Of a stretch of DNA of 64,000 nt, positions 28,310 through 43,145 are shown in pieces. Source of the DNA: Vicugna vicugna (taxonomy: Eukaryota); NCBI GenBank assembly GCA_013265495.1, contig MU058252.1, positions 62,001 through 126,000 on the forward strand, read 5' to 3'. Both the position numbers and the translations under genes were made by a program. Every line of letters begins with the position of its first letter. Position 1 is the stretch's first letter. The notes beneath the pieces are model-generated. The model saw nothing but the letters and a program-made list of their open reading frames with translations. It was not told the DNA's origin and did not search any database.

Positions 28310-31300
28310 GAGGCGGGGGCCAAGATGGTGGAGTAGAAGGACGCTCATAGCTCATCCTCTCCCACAAATACACCAAAACTCACATCTACGGACACACCCA
28401 GCCAACCAGGACACCTGCTGAACTCCGGCTGAACATCGCCCTCTTCAAAAGACAAAGACGCCAAGAATCTGGTAGGAGAAAAGGAAAAAAGAAAGAAGAA
28501 AAAGCAAAACAAAGCAGGATCAGTCCCGCGGGGAGGGAGCAACAAAGGAGTAATAGCACTCATTCGCTGGGTCTCCCCCTCTCCAACAGAGAGGCCAGCA
28601 GGATGGAGGGGGAGCCTCCAAGTCTCAGATCTGTACAGAGCACCCCTTGACTGACAGAACCAAGTTAAACAGGCACAGAGGGTCTCTGCAATTTCCAGCC
28701 CTAGAGGTAAAGTGGCAGGTGGGGGACAAGACAGGCCGCCCCAGCCGGGCGGAGGACTAGGGCAGCTACATTGAGGCAGCCATGGGGGACTGCAGGGTGC
28801 TAAGTGCCATGGATGAGTGGGTACACAGGGCGAACAACCTGGGCCCCCCATAAAACAACATGGCTGATGTGCCCTGGGGGAAAAGGTGCCATACCCCCAT
28901 TTCCAAAAACCCGTGAAAGGTTTTCAGGAGAAGAGAGGCAGGGCTCAGGCACAGCCGCCATATCCTCCAGCACTTAGCACCCAGGCGGGGGTGTGGTCAA
29001 AAGCTGAATCCCTACCTAAGGGCTTAGCAGCCTCAAAGGCCAGATAGACACTTGCTTACAGCCCGAGGCAAATAGGATCTTTCTGCCCTGGTACCTCAGA
29101 GAACTTGCACTGCCAAAACAAACAAGGAGCTGAGTTTTTGCATGGTGCAGGGGTAGGGCTGTTCCGCCATCTTCCCTGAGCCCGCCTACGGAGGGCCAAC
29201 CCAAGGTGGAGTGGGCAGCTGCACAGAGCAGGGGCGACCAGCTGGGAGAGGGTGGGCGGCCAGCCACCTTCCTGGCAGGAGCCCATAGCACCTGACCAAG
29301 GTGATGGGAGGGGGCGTGATCTGCCCAACTACCTAACCAGAGCACAGCATCTGACTGTGGCATCGGGAGGGGGAGTGACCTGCCCACCCACCAGGTAAGA
29401 GCTCAGCACCTGACCACAGTGTTGGGAGGGGGTGCAATCTGCTTGCCAACAGGCACTGGGAGCAGCACAGATGAGGGTGCCAATGGAGGACCCCTGGAAG
29501 CAGCAAGCTGAGTTCAAGAAGCAGGGCAAAGACAGAAAGCTTTCTCTATAAAATCATTAAGAGCGCACAGTCTCTAGGAAAACACATCACCCCCTTTTAA
29601 TTTTTAAATCTTTTTTTCATCTGTTCTATTTTCTATTACCTGTATAATTTTTACTTTTTAAACAATTGTATATGCTTCCAGTTTTAATCCCTTTACATTT
29701 TTTTCTTTTAAAATATTTTTATTATTTTTACTTTTAAAAATCCACCTGATTTCATTTTCATTTCTCTAGCTTTTGATCTCCTATTAGTGATTATACACAG
29801 GTTTCAAATATTGTTTTTTGCTCTTTTCTCCTTTTTTTTTTAAAGGTTTATAAAAGACGTCTGAACTCAATTGCTAGTCTGATTCAACTTACTCCTCTAT
29901 TATTGATTATACACTGTTTTGTTTTGAAACTTTTTTTTCTCCCTTTTAAAATTCTCTCTCTCTTTTATTTAAAGTTTTATTCCTGCATAGGTGTTAGATA
30001 GATAAATAAATAAACTCCTTAAGGACCACAATAGATAACTGATATTCCATAAGCCACAGTGCCAGGGAAATATGAGCAATATGAAGAAGCAGAGGAATCA
30101 CTCTCACATAAAAGAGCAAGAGAAATCTCCTGAAGGAATAATCAATGAAATAGACATTGATGTCCTACTAAATCAAGATTTCATAAAAGGAATGATCAAA
30201 GTACTGAAGAAACTAAAAGAAATAGTGTTTAGAGATATAAAATATGTCAAAAATGAAATGGAAGCTATAAAGAACAGCCAGGTAGAACTGGTAAACACAT
30301 TTGCTGAGATGAGAGTTGATCTAAAGGCTGTACAAAGCAGACTAGATAATGCAGAAGAACAAATAAGTGACCTGGAAGACAGGAAAACAGAAAGCACCCA
30401 ATCAGAACAGCTGTGAGAAAAACAAATAAAAAACAATGAAAGCAATATAAGGGACCTATGGGATAATATAAAGTATGCCAATCTATGCATAATAGGAGTT
30501 CCAGAAGGGGAAGAAAAAACAACGGGGATTGAAAACGTATTTAAAGAAATCATGACTGAAAACTTCCCAAACCTAAAAAGGAATCAGATATCCAAGTACA
30601 GGAAGCTCAGAAGGTCCCAAACAGGAAGAACCCAAACAGACCCACACCAAGATATATCATAATCAAGATGGCCAGAGTCAAGGATAAAGAAATGATCCTA
30701 AAGGCAGCAAGAGAAAAACAAAGAGTGAGTTACAAGGGAACCCTCATAAGGCTCTCAGCTGATTTCTCTACATAAACACTACAGGCCAGAAGGGAGTGGC
30801 AAGATATATTCAAAGTCCTGAATGAAAAACAGATGCAGCCAAGGATACTCTATCCAGCAAGGCTATCCTTTAGAATAGGAGAGATAAAGAATTTCACAAG
30901 CAAGCAAATACTAGGAGAGTTAAGCAACACTAAACCCATGCTAAAAGAAATATTGAAAGGTCTATTCTAAATAGAAAAGAAGCAGGATGCTACAGAAACG
31001 AGAAACTCATAACTGAAAAGGTGATAACTACCATGAGTTAGAAATAGAATAAATGTGAAATAGTAAGGAAGACATCTAAATCATTAAGAGAGGGAGAGGG
31101 AAGAAAGAAAATATAGAGGGTTTTTTTTTAAACCTTTTGTTCTCGGTAGGATGGATTTGAGAATGTATTACTACCTGTTTAAAACAAACAGTTATAGTAA
31201 TGGGTTAATAGACTTACAAAAACGGGTAACCACAAGCCAAAAACTAAATAAAATCCAAGATGATACAAAGGAAAATAACCAAGCCACAAAAGGAAGAAGA

Positions 31301-34300
31301 AAGGAACAAAAAGGAAATACCAAATCAACTCCAAAAATAACGTCAAAATGGTAATAAACACACATCTATCATTAATTACTGTAAATGTTAATGGACTAAA
31401 TGCCCCAGTCAAAAGATATAGCGTTGCAGACTGGATAATAAAGCAAGAACCTTCAATATGCTGCATACAAGAGACCCACATATACAGACACATATACATT
31501 GAGAGTGAAAGGATGGAAAAGGATATTGCATGCAGATGGAAAAGCCAAAAAAGCAGGTGTAACAGTACTGATTTCAGACAAAATAGACTTTAAAACAAAG
31601 GCCATAAAGAAAGATAAAGAAGAACATTTTATAACAATTAAAGGAGTACTACAAGATGAGGATATTACACTCATTAATATATATGCACCCAATATAGGAG
31701 CACCTAAGTACATAAAACAATTACTAACAAAGTGGGAAATTGATGGCAATACAATCAGTGTCAGAGATTTTAACACTGCATTAACATCACAGGACAGATC
31801 TTCAAGACAGAAAATAAATAAGGCAACAGAGAAATTAAATGATACAAGAGAAAAATTAGTTTCTGTGGATATTTTTAGAGCATTATACCCCCCAAAAATA
31901 GGATGTACATTCCTTTCAAGTGCACATGGAACATTTTTTAGGATTGATCATGTACTTGGGCACAAAAGAAGCCTCAACAATGTTAAGAAGATAGAAATTA
32001 TCTCAAGCAACTTTACTGACCACAACGTCATGAAACTAGAAATCAACTACAGAGAAACAGAGGGAAAAAAAGGGAGGGGACTTGGAGATTAAACAACATA
32101 TTATTAAAAAACCAGTGGGTCAAGGATGAAATCAAAGTTGAAATTAAAAAATACCCTGAGACAAATGAAAATGAAAACAACCACACAAAATTTATGAGAC
32201 GCAGCAAAGGCAGGGCTAAGAGGGGAGTTTATAGCGATACATGACTTCCTCAACAAAGAAGAACAATTTCAAATAAACAATCTAACCCACTAACTAAAAG
32301 AATTAGGAAAAGAAGAGCAAAAAAACCCAAAAGGCAGCAGAAGGAAGGGAATAATAAAGATCAGGGAGGAAATCAATAAAATAAAGATTTAGAAAAAATA
32401 GAAAAAATCAATCAACCCAAAAGCTGGGGTTTTTTCTGAAAAAGTAAATAAAATGAACAAACCTCTGGCCAAACTCACAAAGAAGAAAAAGGAGAGAGCA
32501 CAAATAAGCAAAATAAGAAATGAAAATGGAGAAATTACAACAAATAAAATAGAAATACAGAATATCATATGAGAATATTATGAAAGACTATATGGAACCA
32601 AAATGAATAACCTAGAGGAGATGGACAAGTTTCTGGAAACATAATGTTCACCAAGACTGAATCAAGAAGAAACTGACCACTTGAACAAATCGATCACTAG
32701 AAATTAAATCAAATTAGCAATAAAAAAAAAAAAAACAACCTCCCTACAAATAAAAATCCAGGACCAGATGGCTTCACTGGGGAATTCTACCAAACATACA
32801 AAGAAGAACTCATACCCGTCCTTCTCAAACTCTTTCAGAAGACTGAAAAGGAGGGAATACTCCCAAACTCATTCTATGAAGCCACCATCACCCTGATACC
32901 CAAATCAAGCAAAGACACTACCAAAAAAGAGAATTACAGACCAATATCGCTGATGAACATAGATGCAAAAATCCTCACCAAAATATTAGCAAATACAATC
33001 CAACAGCACATAAAAAAGATTATACATCATGATCAAGTGGGGTTCATCCCAGGGACACAAGGGTGGTTCAACATATGCAAATCAATCAATGTAATACATC
33101 ACATCAACAAGAGAAAGGACAAAAACCACATGATCATCTCAATAGATGCAGAAAAAGCCTTTGATAAAATTCAACACCCATTTATGATATAAACTCTCAC
33201 CGAAGTGGGTATAGAGGGATCATATCTCAACATAATAAAAGCTATATATGACAAACCTACAACCAGCACAGTACTCAAAGGTGAAAAACTCAAAAGCTTC
33301 CCACTAAAATCTGGGACAAGGATGCCCACTATCATCACTCCTATTCAACATAGTCTTGGAAGCCCTAGCCACAGCAGTCAGGCAAGAGAGAGAAATAAAA
33401 GGGATCCAAATTGGAAAAGAAGAGGTAAAAGTGTCACTATATGCTGATGACATGTTACTATATCTAGAAAACCCTAAAAGGTCCACACAAAAACTACTAG
33501 AGCTGATTACAGAATTCAGCAAGGTAGCAGGTTGCAAGATTAATGTTCAAAAATCAGTTGCATTTCTTTACACTAATGATGAATCAACAGAAGAAGAAAA
33601 TAAAGAAATAATCCCCTTTAAATAACACCCAAAGTAATAAAATACCTAGCAATAAATATAACCAAGGAAGTGAAAAACTTATACAAGGGAAACTATAAAA
33701 CACTGATGAAGGAAATTAAAGAAGACTTAAAAAAATGGAAAGACATCCCATGCTCCTGGATTGGAAGAATCAATATTGTTAAAATGGTCACACTGCCCAA
33801 AGCAATCTACAGATTTAATACAATTCCTATCAAATTACCCAGGACATATTTCACAGAACTAGAACAAATCAAAATAAAATTTATATGGAACCACAAATCA
33901 CCTAGAATTGCCAAAGCATTACTGAAGAAAAAGAAAGAGGCTGGAGAAATAACTCTCCCAGACTTCAGACAATACTATAGAGCTACGGTCATCAAGACAG
34001 CATGGTATTGGTACAAAAACAGACATATAGACCAATGGAACAGAACAGAGAGCCCAGAAATGAACCCACAAACTTTTGGTCAACTGATCTTCGACAAAGG
34101 AGGCAAGAATATACAATGGAATAAAGACAGTCTCTTCAGCAAATGGTGTTGGGAAAACTGGACAGCAGCATGTAAATCAATGAAGCTAGAACACTCCCTT
34201 ACACCATACACAAAAATCAACTCAAAATGGATCAAAGACTTAAACATAAGACAAGATACAATAAAGCTCCTAGAAGAAAATACAGGCAAAACATTATCTC

Positions 34301-35462
34301 ATATACATCTCAAAAATGTTCTCCTAAAACAGTCCACTGAAGCAATAGAAATGAAAGTAAGAATAAACAAATGGTACCTAATGAAAATTACAAGCTTCTG
34401 CACAGCAAAGGAAACCATAAGTAAAACAAAAAGACAACGTATGGAATGAGAGAAAATTTGTGCAAATGAAACCAACAAAGGCTTGATCTCCAGAATATAT
34501 AAGCAGCCCACACGACTTAATAAGAAAAAAACAAACAACCCAATCCAAAAATGGGCAGAAGACCTAAACAAGCAATTCTCTAAGGAAGACGTTCAAATGA
34601 TCAATAAGCACATGAAAACATGCTCAATATCACTAATTGTCAGAGAAATGCAAATCAAAACTACAATGAGATATCACCTCACACCAGTAAGAATGGCCAT
34701 CATACAAAAGTGCACAGATGACAAATGCTGGAGAGACTGTGGAGAGAAGGGATCCCTTCTACAGTGCTGGTGGGAATGCAGTTTGGTGCAGCCACTATGG
34801 AAAACAGTATGGAGATTCCTCAAAAGACTAGGAATAGACTTACAGTATGACCCAGGAATCCCACTCCTGGGCATATATCCAGAAGGAACCCTACTTCAGG
34901 ATGACACCAGCACCTCAATGTTCATAGCAGCACTATTTACAATAGCCAAGACATGGAAACAGTCCAAATGTCCATCAACAGATGACTGGATAAAGAAGTG
35001 GTATATTTATACAATGGAATACTGCTCAGCCATAAAATCCGACAACATAACGCTATTTGCAGCAACATGGATGCTCCTGGAGGATGTCATTCTAAGTGAA
35101 GTAAGCCAGAAAGAGTAAGAAAAATACCGTATAAGATCGCTCATATGTGGAATCTAAAAAAAAAAAAACCGTAAATACAAAATAGAAACAGACTCATAGA
35201 CGTAGAATACAAACTTGTGGTTCCCAAAGGGGGCACGGGGTGGGAAGGGATAGACTGGGATTTCAAAATGTAGAATAGATAAACAAGATTATACTGTATA
35301 GCACAGGGAAATATATACAAGATCTTATGGTAGCTCACAGCGAAAAAAAATGTGACAATGAATATATGTATGTTCATGTAGAACTGAAAAATTGTGCTCT
35401 ACATTGGAAGTTGACACAACATTGTAAAATGACTATAACTCAATTTAAAAATGTTAAAAAAA
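28310..35462 (+). mobile_element. Full-length (~7.15 kb) young L1, inactive, probably chimeric
   Basis: 5' end gaggcgggggccaagatgg (YY1-type), GC-rich 5'UTR. ORF1 starts at 30072 with a premature TGA at 30414. ORF2 runs from 31348 (NVNGLNAP, EN domain; YADDM, RT) to ~35118 with several stops and frameshifts. 3'UTR and A tail present. Confidence 0.95.
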
Positions 35463-35689
35463 GACACAATACAAGTAATATTTTGAATGTCTTAAAGTAT
35501 TCTCAAATCTATGAAAAATGTTGTAAACTCAGGATAAAATAAAACAGATTAACGGTATAGATATTAAAAAAAAGTTTTTTATTGAAGTGTAGTCGATTTA
35601 CAATGTTAGTTTCATGTGTACAGCAATTTTTTTTATGTTTAGTGACCAACTCTTCTTTGTTTTAAAAATTTTTTCTTTTTTGTTAATTT

Positions 35690-35805
35690 TCTTTGATGGC
35701 AGGGTTAAGTAGGTTTATTTCTTTTTAATGGAGGTAACAGGGGATTGAAACCAGAATGGGTTCAGTGCTAGGCATGCACTCTACCACGGAGCTATACCCT
35801 CCCCA
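35690..35805 (-). mobile_element. Vic-1-type SINE
   Basis: ggaggtaacaggggattgaaaccag...gcatgcactctaccacggagctataccctcccc. Confidence 0.8.
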
Positions 35806-37584
35806 CCAGATATTTTTAAACCTATCAGATGAGAATTTTCATAGACATTTGGCACAAACCCCTCTGGATGGAAGCACACGCAATAGTCTTCAGCCTCACA
35901 CTCATACTCTGTGCCCCAGAATTTCTGGGCCATGCTCTCTTCCACTTCTGGATTCTGCCTTTCTTTTGCCTTGATTGTTTCCAGAAACATTTCATCTCCC
36001 TCCACTTATACAGAGTATCTGATTAGGAAAATGGAAGCCAATCTAGGTATTAAAAGTAGGACATACTTTTAATCCAGGGAATGAGAGATTTGCCCAGGCC
36101 GGGGAAGCTGGGTGATTTCCAGGAGCCATCAGCTGTGAATCACATTGCTGTCTTCACGCAGTGGTACTCCTTGTCGTCCCCGTTCCAGATCTCACAAGGT
36201 GCTTCTCTTCTGCAGATTCTAAGCTGGACCTGTCAGGAAAGGGCTAGTGTTGGTCCAGCCTCTTTCCCTGTGATGCAGAGAACACAGAGAAAGAATCAGT
36301 GGTGCAAGTTTCCAACAGAGAACTCAGCACAGCTGAAGGATTCATATGGAAGGATTCACCTTATGTCTTACCTTCTTATGGAAACATTCCCCATCTCAGC
36401 AAGACAACAAATAGGAGTTATACCAGTTTGATGATGTGTATGCCTTGGACAAAGAATTAAAATATTACTTGAATTTTCATTACTTGTTGCCCCAGTATAT
36501 TGACATATACCACCACAGTAGTCGGTGGCAGCGAATTCTTCCTCCTTCACTGCTGTGTACCAAGTTCTTGCCACACATGAGGCACTCACTAAGTACGTAT
36601 TCACTCTGCCCTTTGGGGACTTGGTAAGACTTGGCTGAAGCTACATTTCCCCAGCATGGAGAGCCCAAAATCTTTCTTGTTCTTTTTTGGGAATTTCCAG
36701 AGTTTCCTTCCTCAGGCTTCCCAATACTTCCTAAATTGTACACCACAGTTCTCTCATGTAGACTCGAAATTCAGTTCTTTAGCCGGCTTTTGCAATAAAT
36801 ACATATTCTAAGCATTTTGTAGGCTTTACTAGAAATTTTGAAAGTCACAGGGAGGGGTCCCCTAAGCAGCACTTTGCCCCATTACTCCAAGTTGACTGTT
36901 CTCCTCTGGCTCAGAAAGAAGTGTTTGTCCCTCCATAACCCAGGACTGAGAAACTCTGGGGTGACACCTCGTCAATTATCTCCCTCTCACAAAGGCAGAG
37001 GGATTGATCTGTTTGGGGATGTTAGCATGCTGGGAGAGCCTGACACCCATTAGACCATTTCCTGTTATTCTTTTCATTTTCAGAAACAGGAAACAAACTG
37101 CAATCTCTCTCCTTTGGCTTACTGTGACCAGATATGACAACGCTTTTGGTTCCCTGTTTCATTCTATAAACAGACTGAAGTTCTCCTTCTGGCTGTCCAG
37201 CAAGTCTTCGTTTTTTGCTTTCATCTTCTCAGACTGACTCTTTGATAGTCGGGTGGTCTCCATAACTAACTTTTCCATTCAGGGAGGAGAAGGAATACTC
37301 CCAGCTGTGGTTTCTGGTGCCTGCTGTGGTCTCCACTTCAACTTTACTAAGAAATCCTAGAGTTTTGGTAAAAATATGGCATTTTGCCTTATTTGGTTCA
37401 GCTTTTTGTGTGTATAATTTTCCTTCAGAATACTGGTGGGGAGAAGGATCTTTGGCACTCTGGATCTAGCTGGTAACATTTGGAGCAGGAGAAATGCCTT
37501 GAAAATGATTGAAGTGACTTCCTCTCTTCCTTTTTTCCCCCAAACACAGTATATTTGCTCCTATGTAGTCAAATGTCAAAGTAC

Positions 37585-37720
37585 CACCCCAGACTAATGG
37601 CATCAATAACCCCAGGGAATTTGCTAGGAATGCAAATTCTCAGGCCTACTGACTCAGAAACCTTATATTTTAAAAAGCCTTCCAGGTGGCTCAGATACAT
37701 ACTAATACTTCACAAAATAC
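37585..37720. mobile_element. MER5A-like DNA transposon
   Basis: gggaatttgctaggaatgcaaattctcaggcctactgactcagaaac...ttttaaaaagccttccaggtg. Confidence 0.65.
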
Positions 37721-38429
37721 AGAACCAAACCTGAACACTCATATCCTAATATTAAATAAAATTAATAGAATTTTTGTCAAAAGATGACAGCCTTGTAAAC
37801 CTGGATGTTTCCTTTAGAATGGATTGTCTATATTTTATCACTTCCCCGATTTGCATAAAAAGACCCAGGTCCAGTCACTAGGCAATAACATTTTATACAC
37901 TGGAAGTCCAGCTAATAAGAGATGGAAACATCCCTTCTTCTTATAGGGGAAAGGAAACAGAGGAAGGCAGAGGGATAAAGCAATCAGATATGTGTCCTAA
38001 ATTCTGTTTCTCCAGGTTTAGGAAACAAGAGGTATATTAGATAATTAAGTTCTGGTCACTTCTTCAGCTGTGATCTGGGAAGTGCCCTCTGCGAAAGCCT
38101 TTTAAACATGGACATCACCCTATGTTGGCCTTTTCTCAAGAATCGAAACCTCTTCCATTTCTATCTGATTTCGGTTGCTCCCCAGTCCTTTTCAGTATTT
38201 GATTCTTTGTAGTTTATCCGAAGTTTATCTGTAGGATATTTAGTATGTTACAAGCCTGTTACTTTTGGAACCTGACTCAAGTCTTGGGGTTTTATTTTCT
38301 TATCCTTTCCTTGGTTTGTGTTTAGAATGATTTGAAAGTTTGGTTGGGGGTATTGTCAAGGGAATTCACTAGTGGGGTGAGAGCGAGGTCACTCTAGAGC
38401 GAGGTATAGAGCAAATTCACCCCAGCTGC

Positions 38430-38892
38430 ACGTGGCGCGGGCTGCTGGTCATCTGCTGACTAGCATCTGCCTTCTCTTCCTCACTAACAAAACTACAATT
38501 TTGCCTATAACAACAATGGACTCATGTGAACTACTAAGTTGCACCATGTTTCTCGCAGCCAGGGTAACCATACAAGAGGTAGTGGCAAAAGTCCTGTGGA
38601 AATTTCTGGGTTGGCTTTGCTTTTGTAATTTAAGTGCCATTCTGTCTTCCTTCTTGTTTCTATGTTCTTTCCACCACAATTCAGACCTGAGGCTGAAGGT
38701 CAAGTGGCCATCTTGCCACACTGAGGACATCAGTTACTTGCAAAGAATGATGGGAGAAAAAAATAGCAAGTTCTTTGGATAGTTACATCGTCTCTGGACT
38801 CATCAGCTGTAAACTCCTTGTTGTCTCAAAATTGAGCCCTTTGTTAAGCTGCTTTGGTGAAGTTCTCTTACGTGCAGTCAAACATACTCTCT
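38430..38892 (+). mobile_element. Old MaLR LTR (MLT1J/K-like)
   Basis: cttcctcactaacaaaac...ggccatcttg...tctggact...gttaagctgct...ttacgtgcagtcaaaca. Confidence 0.55.
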
Positions 38893-39689
38893 AGCCGATA
38901 TTCCAGGGCTGATTGAGAGTCACTGCCAGACCAGCCATAGGGAATTTAGACCATCAGGAGCTGAGCTATGAGGATGTCAGCCAAGGAGCTCCTCAAAGGG
39001 CACAGTCTGGAGTGAGAAATCAGCTCACTTCGTGAGATTACACCAGCTCGCGGCCTTTCTTGTTGGAGGCCAGTGGGAATTCAGAGACCTGACAGACATG
39101 GGCTATCACCCAACAACTAGAGGAGACAGAGGCCAAGGCTTGGAGACCTCATCGTCCTCCACAAACCACATCATGTAAGTCATCCATCCCCCACTGAAGG
39201 AAAGGAACACGATGGTTGAGGGGTCCCAAAGTCACCAAAGTGGAGACACTGGACACTATCTGTGGGACTCTTCAACAGATCCGACTGGGCTGGTTTTCAA
39301 ACAAGAGTAAATTTTAGTTATATATTTCCCCTAGAAGTAATGTATGGGATTTACGAAAGATTATAAAACTAAGACAAATTAAACATGGAAATTTCTTCTT
39401 TATGCCCTAAATATAGCATATGTTTAGTTTTGACACATAGGCTGTTTCCAGTGAATTCCACATTGTTCCACAGGAAGCAATTGACTTATAGTCTCAGGGG
39501 ACTCATTTCCACAAGCTTGTTCAAAGCATTTTGTCTACAAAGGCAACTATTACCGCAAAAGGAATCAAAAGTAAACTTAAAAATTTCCTTGTCTCACTCT
39601 CCTTTCTTACAAATCCTGTATTAGACATATGATGCTTAGGAAAATCTATGCACCATATAACACAGTAATCTTGTTTATGAAGCAAAAAC

Positions 39690-41820
39690 TACAGAAAATG
39701 CAAGGACATATTGATTAAAATACCCTAATAATAGAAGACTTTAATATACTGTTGTCAGAAAAGACATATCAAGTAGACAAAGAATAAGTAAGGAAAGAGA
39801 AGTCCGTTCCTTTGTTATAAGAATTAACAAAGTGAAGAAAGTAGCTCTCATGGGTATATAGAGAATACACTCTCTTTGCATAATAACAGAATACATCCTT
39901 TTGCAGATGCTCATGAAACATTCCCAAAATTGATCAACTATTAATAAAAATTAGCAAACATCAGTGAGTTCCATAAAGCAGAAGTATTACAAAAAACACT
40001 TTCTGATCACAATGTGATAAAGCCAGAAGTTATTTTTGGGAAAACAGTCCTTCCATCTGGAAATTAAAACACTTCTATTAAACAACTCTTGTTGAAAAGA
40101 AAAATATAAGCTGAGACTTCAGAATTTCTTAAAAATCATACTAATGAAAACACTAAATATCAGAAGCTATAGGATTCATTTAAAGAAGTGATCAGAGGAA
40201 AATGCATTGCACAAAAGACTGTCACTAAAAATAAAAGAATGAAAATATATTAGGTTCTCATTTCAAAAAACTGGAAAAAGTACAATAATTAAAGCAAAAG
40301 AAAGCACAAGTATGAAAGACAAAAATTAATGTAGTACAGAAAAAATTAGACCTAATTAATAAAACAAATCATGGTTTATTGAAAAAAATTTAAAATTAGC
40401 AAACTACTAAGTAAATTGTTCAGGAAACAAGAGAAAAAGGCACAAATAAACTTTCAAAATGACAACAGCAATGACCATTGAAAAAGAAGAAAACTTTAAA
40501 ATTCAAAACTTTTTTGTAAATAAATTTGAAAAACTAAATGAAATGGATAATTTCCTAAGGAAGTACAGATTACCAAAATTATCTCCATTAGAGAGAAAAA
40601 AATTAAATAGACCAATTTACATGGAAGAATTGGAGAAAGCTATTAAGGAACCACATCACAAAGTAGGCACCAGGGCCAGATTGTTTTGCATGAGAATTCT
40701 TACAAACCTTCAAAGTCCAGATCATTTCAGTGCTCTTTAAATTGTTCTAGAGCATTGAAAATGAACGGAAATTTCCTAATTGCTTTTTCAAAACAGATAT
40801 AATATTGATATCTAAGCCTAATCAAGACAATACAAAAAGATAGAACTACGGACCAATATCTCATGAATATCAACACAAAAATTCTAAATGAAATATTTAG
40901 CAAATAGATGCCAACACCACATTAAGAATGTGATACATCATAACCAAGTGGGCTACAAAAGAGAAATAAAAATTGGTTCAGTGTTGGGAAACCTATTAAT
41001 ATCATTCACCTTGATTATTCTCGTAAATTATTTTTTTAAAGACTTCAATAAAACTCAATAGCCATTCATGATAAAAACTCTCAAGAACATAGTGATTGGG
41101 GAATAATTGGTTAATATGATTACACACACACACACACACACACACAAATACATTTAATATACTACTGTAGTCCAGGAGACATCTCAAAACTACGGACCAA
41201 TATCTCATGAATATCAACACAAAAATTCTAAAAGAAATATTTAGCAAATGGATGCCAACACCACATTAAGAATGTGATACATCATGACCAAGTGGGCTAC
41301 AAAAGAGAAATAAAAATTGGTTCAGTGTTGGGAAACCTATTAATATCATTCACCTTGACTATTCTCATAAATTATTTTTCAAAGACTTTAATAAAACTCA
41401 ATAGCCATTCATGATACAAACTCCCAAGAACATAGTGATTGAGGAATACATGCTTAACATGATTACACACACACACACACACACACACAAACATACACAC
41501 AAATACATTTAATATACTAACTATATCCAGGAGACATCTCACTTACTTAATTGGGAAACACTGAAGGCATGTATACCCAGGAACAAAGCAAGTGTGCCCA
41601 CCCACTACTATTCAACATTATAATGGAGATTTTAGCCAATGCAATTAGACAAGAGAAATCAATTAGGGACATAAGCATAAGTGAAGGAAAACTGATCAAC
41701 TGTGGTGTATCTATAAGATGAAATACTACTCAGCAATAAAAGAGAACAAACTATTGGTGCATATAACTTGAATGATTCTCAAAATCATTATGCTAAGTGA
41801 ATGAAGCCTGTCTCAAAAGG
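39690..41820 (+). mobile_element. Old degenerate L1 ORF2 and 3' fragments
   Basis: ORF 40459-40740 reads NKFEKLNEMDNFLRKYRLPKL..E..LNRPI (L1 ORF2). Endonuclease-like text lies upstream. Confidence 0.85.
40844..41541 (+). repeat. Tandem duplication, 2 x ~350 bp, each copy with a (CA)n tract
   Basis: aactacggaccaatatctcatgaatatcaacac...tccaggagacatctca at 40844-41186 and again at 41188-41541. Confidence 0.95.
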
Positions 41821-42003
41821 GACTTTGTTTTACTTATTTCTAGATTCTCAGTGTCTAGCATAAAACCTACCACCAAGTACAAACAATTAATGAATGTTAT
41901 TAAATAGATGAATAAATATGAATTCCCAAAACTCTTAAGAAGGGAACATGTTTCATTTTTCTAATGTATTAATCACAGTAATTAGTATATGTCAAGGACC
42001 TTC

Positions 42004-42676
42004 GGTGTGGGTTCTGTCCAGCAGAAGTCCCACCGAGATGGAATGAATTACTCAAGACTCTGTGGAAAGTCAAGAGAATGAGAGGGAGTTGGAGACCAAC
42101 TCCTCGAGCCTCTCAAACACTCTCATATTTATTGTGTACAATCAAAGAAAAGGTCACAAACAATTGTGTCATGGAGAGCAGGAGCTTAAGGAAAAACAGG
42201 GTTGGGTAGGGATCATAAAATCCACAATGAGAACAAAGGCTCAATTTATCTTCAGGGCAGTCGGGAGAGGGGGACTAAGTACATTCTTCAGATATAAGAT
42301 GTTGATTACAAAACAGACCACCAGATCAGCCAGTTCCTTGTCTTGGGGGTTACAGATTATCCAAACAGCAGAAAGCATGCCCAGTGTCTATAGCTGAAGG
42401 CATGGGTCATCGCTTTGCAATGAACTATGGACCTATGGTTAAAACAAGCCATGTCCTGCATTTATAGTAAGGGACACACAATGGCTTTGCCATTGTGGAA
42501 GCAGCCCTAAGCTACAACCTCAACTATGCAAGCAAGGCAATGTCTCTGCCTTTTACGGCAAGGAGACAGGAGTGCAGATGCACAGGCACCTGCTAGCAAA
42601 GCACATTTGTTCTTCTAAAAGGTCACAAGCGGCTGGGGCCTATTACAATTTATTAACCTGATCATGGGCCCCCACA
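42004..42676 (-). mobile_element. Solo LTR (ERV1-like)
   Basis: Inverted ends (g)gtgtggg...cccaca, 4-bp TSD cttc at 42000-42003 and 42677-42680, minus-strand AATAAA at 42128-42133. Confidence 0.7.
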
Positions 42677-42914
42677 CTTCTGTCTGCCTTCTGCCCTAGA
42701 AGACAAATGGGCAATGCTCTCAGGATCTGTCACATAGGCTTCTTATCTCCTCGTTGCTTCTCAAGAGCAGAGCCTTTTTCTTTGCCTCATCTACAGCTTT
42801 AACCTGGATGCAAAGGTAAGAATAACTGAATGCATTTACACAGAAAATAACACTTGGAGTTATACTTTTTTTCATATTAAGCTCTTATTTACTTTTTTTC
42901 ATGTCTCATAGTTT

Positions 42915-43145
42915 TCTTTATTCTATTATTGAAGTGTAGTTGATTTACAGTGTGAATTTCTAGCATACAGTACAGCAATTCATACATATATAAATATATA
43001 TACATTCATTTTCATGTTCTTTTTCATTATAGGTTTCTACATAATATTGAATATAGTTCCCATGCTATGCAGGAGAAACTTGTTGTTTATCTATTTTATA
43101 CATAATAATTAGTATCTGCAAATCTCGAACTCCCAACTTACCCCT
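42915..43145 (-). mobile_element. Short antisense L1 3' end
   Basis: tattgaagtgtagttgatttaca...tattgaatatagttccc.tgctat...gtatctgcaaatctcgaactcccaa. Confidence 0.8.

Noticed and set aside
29287..29460. Three ~59-bp periodic repeats, superficially CRISPR-like
   Set aside because: They are degenerate tandem units within the L1 5'UTR, without unique spacers, in a mammalian context.
28310..35462. Potentially active L1
   Set aside because: ORF1 has a premature stop and ORF2 is broken into many fragments.
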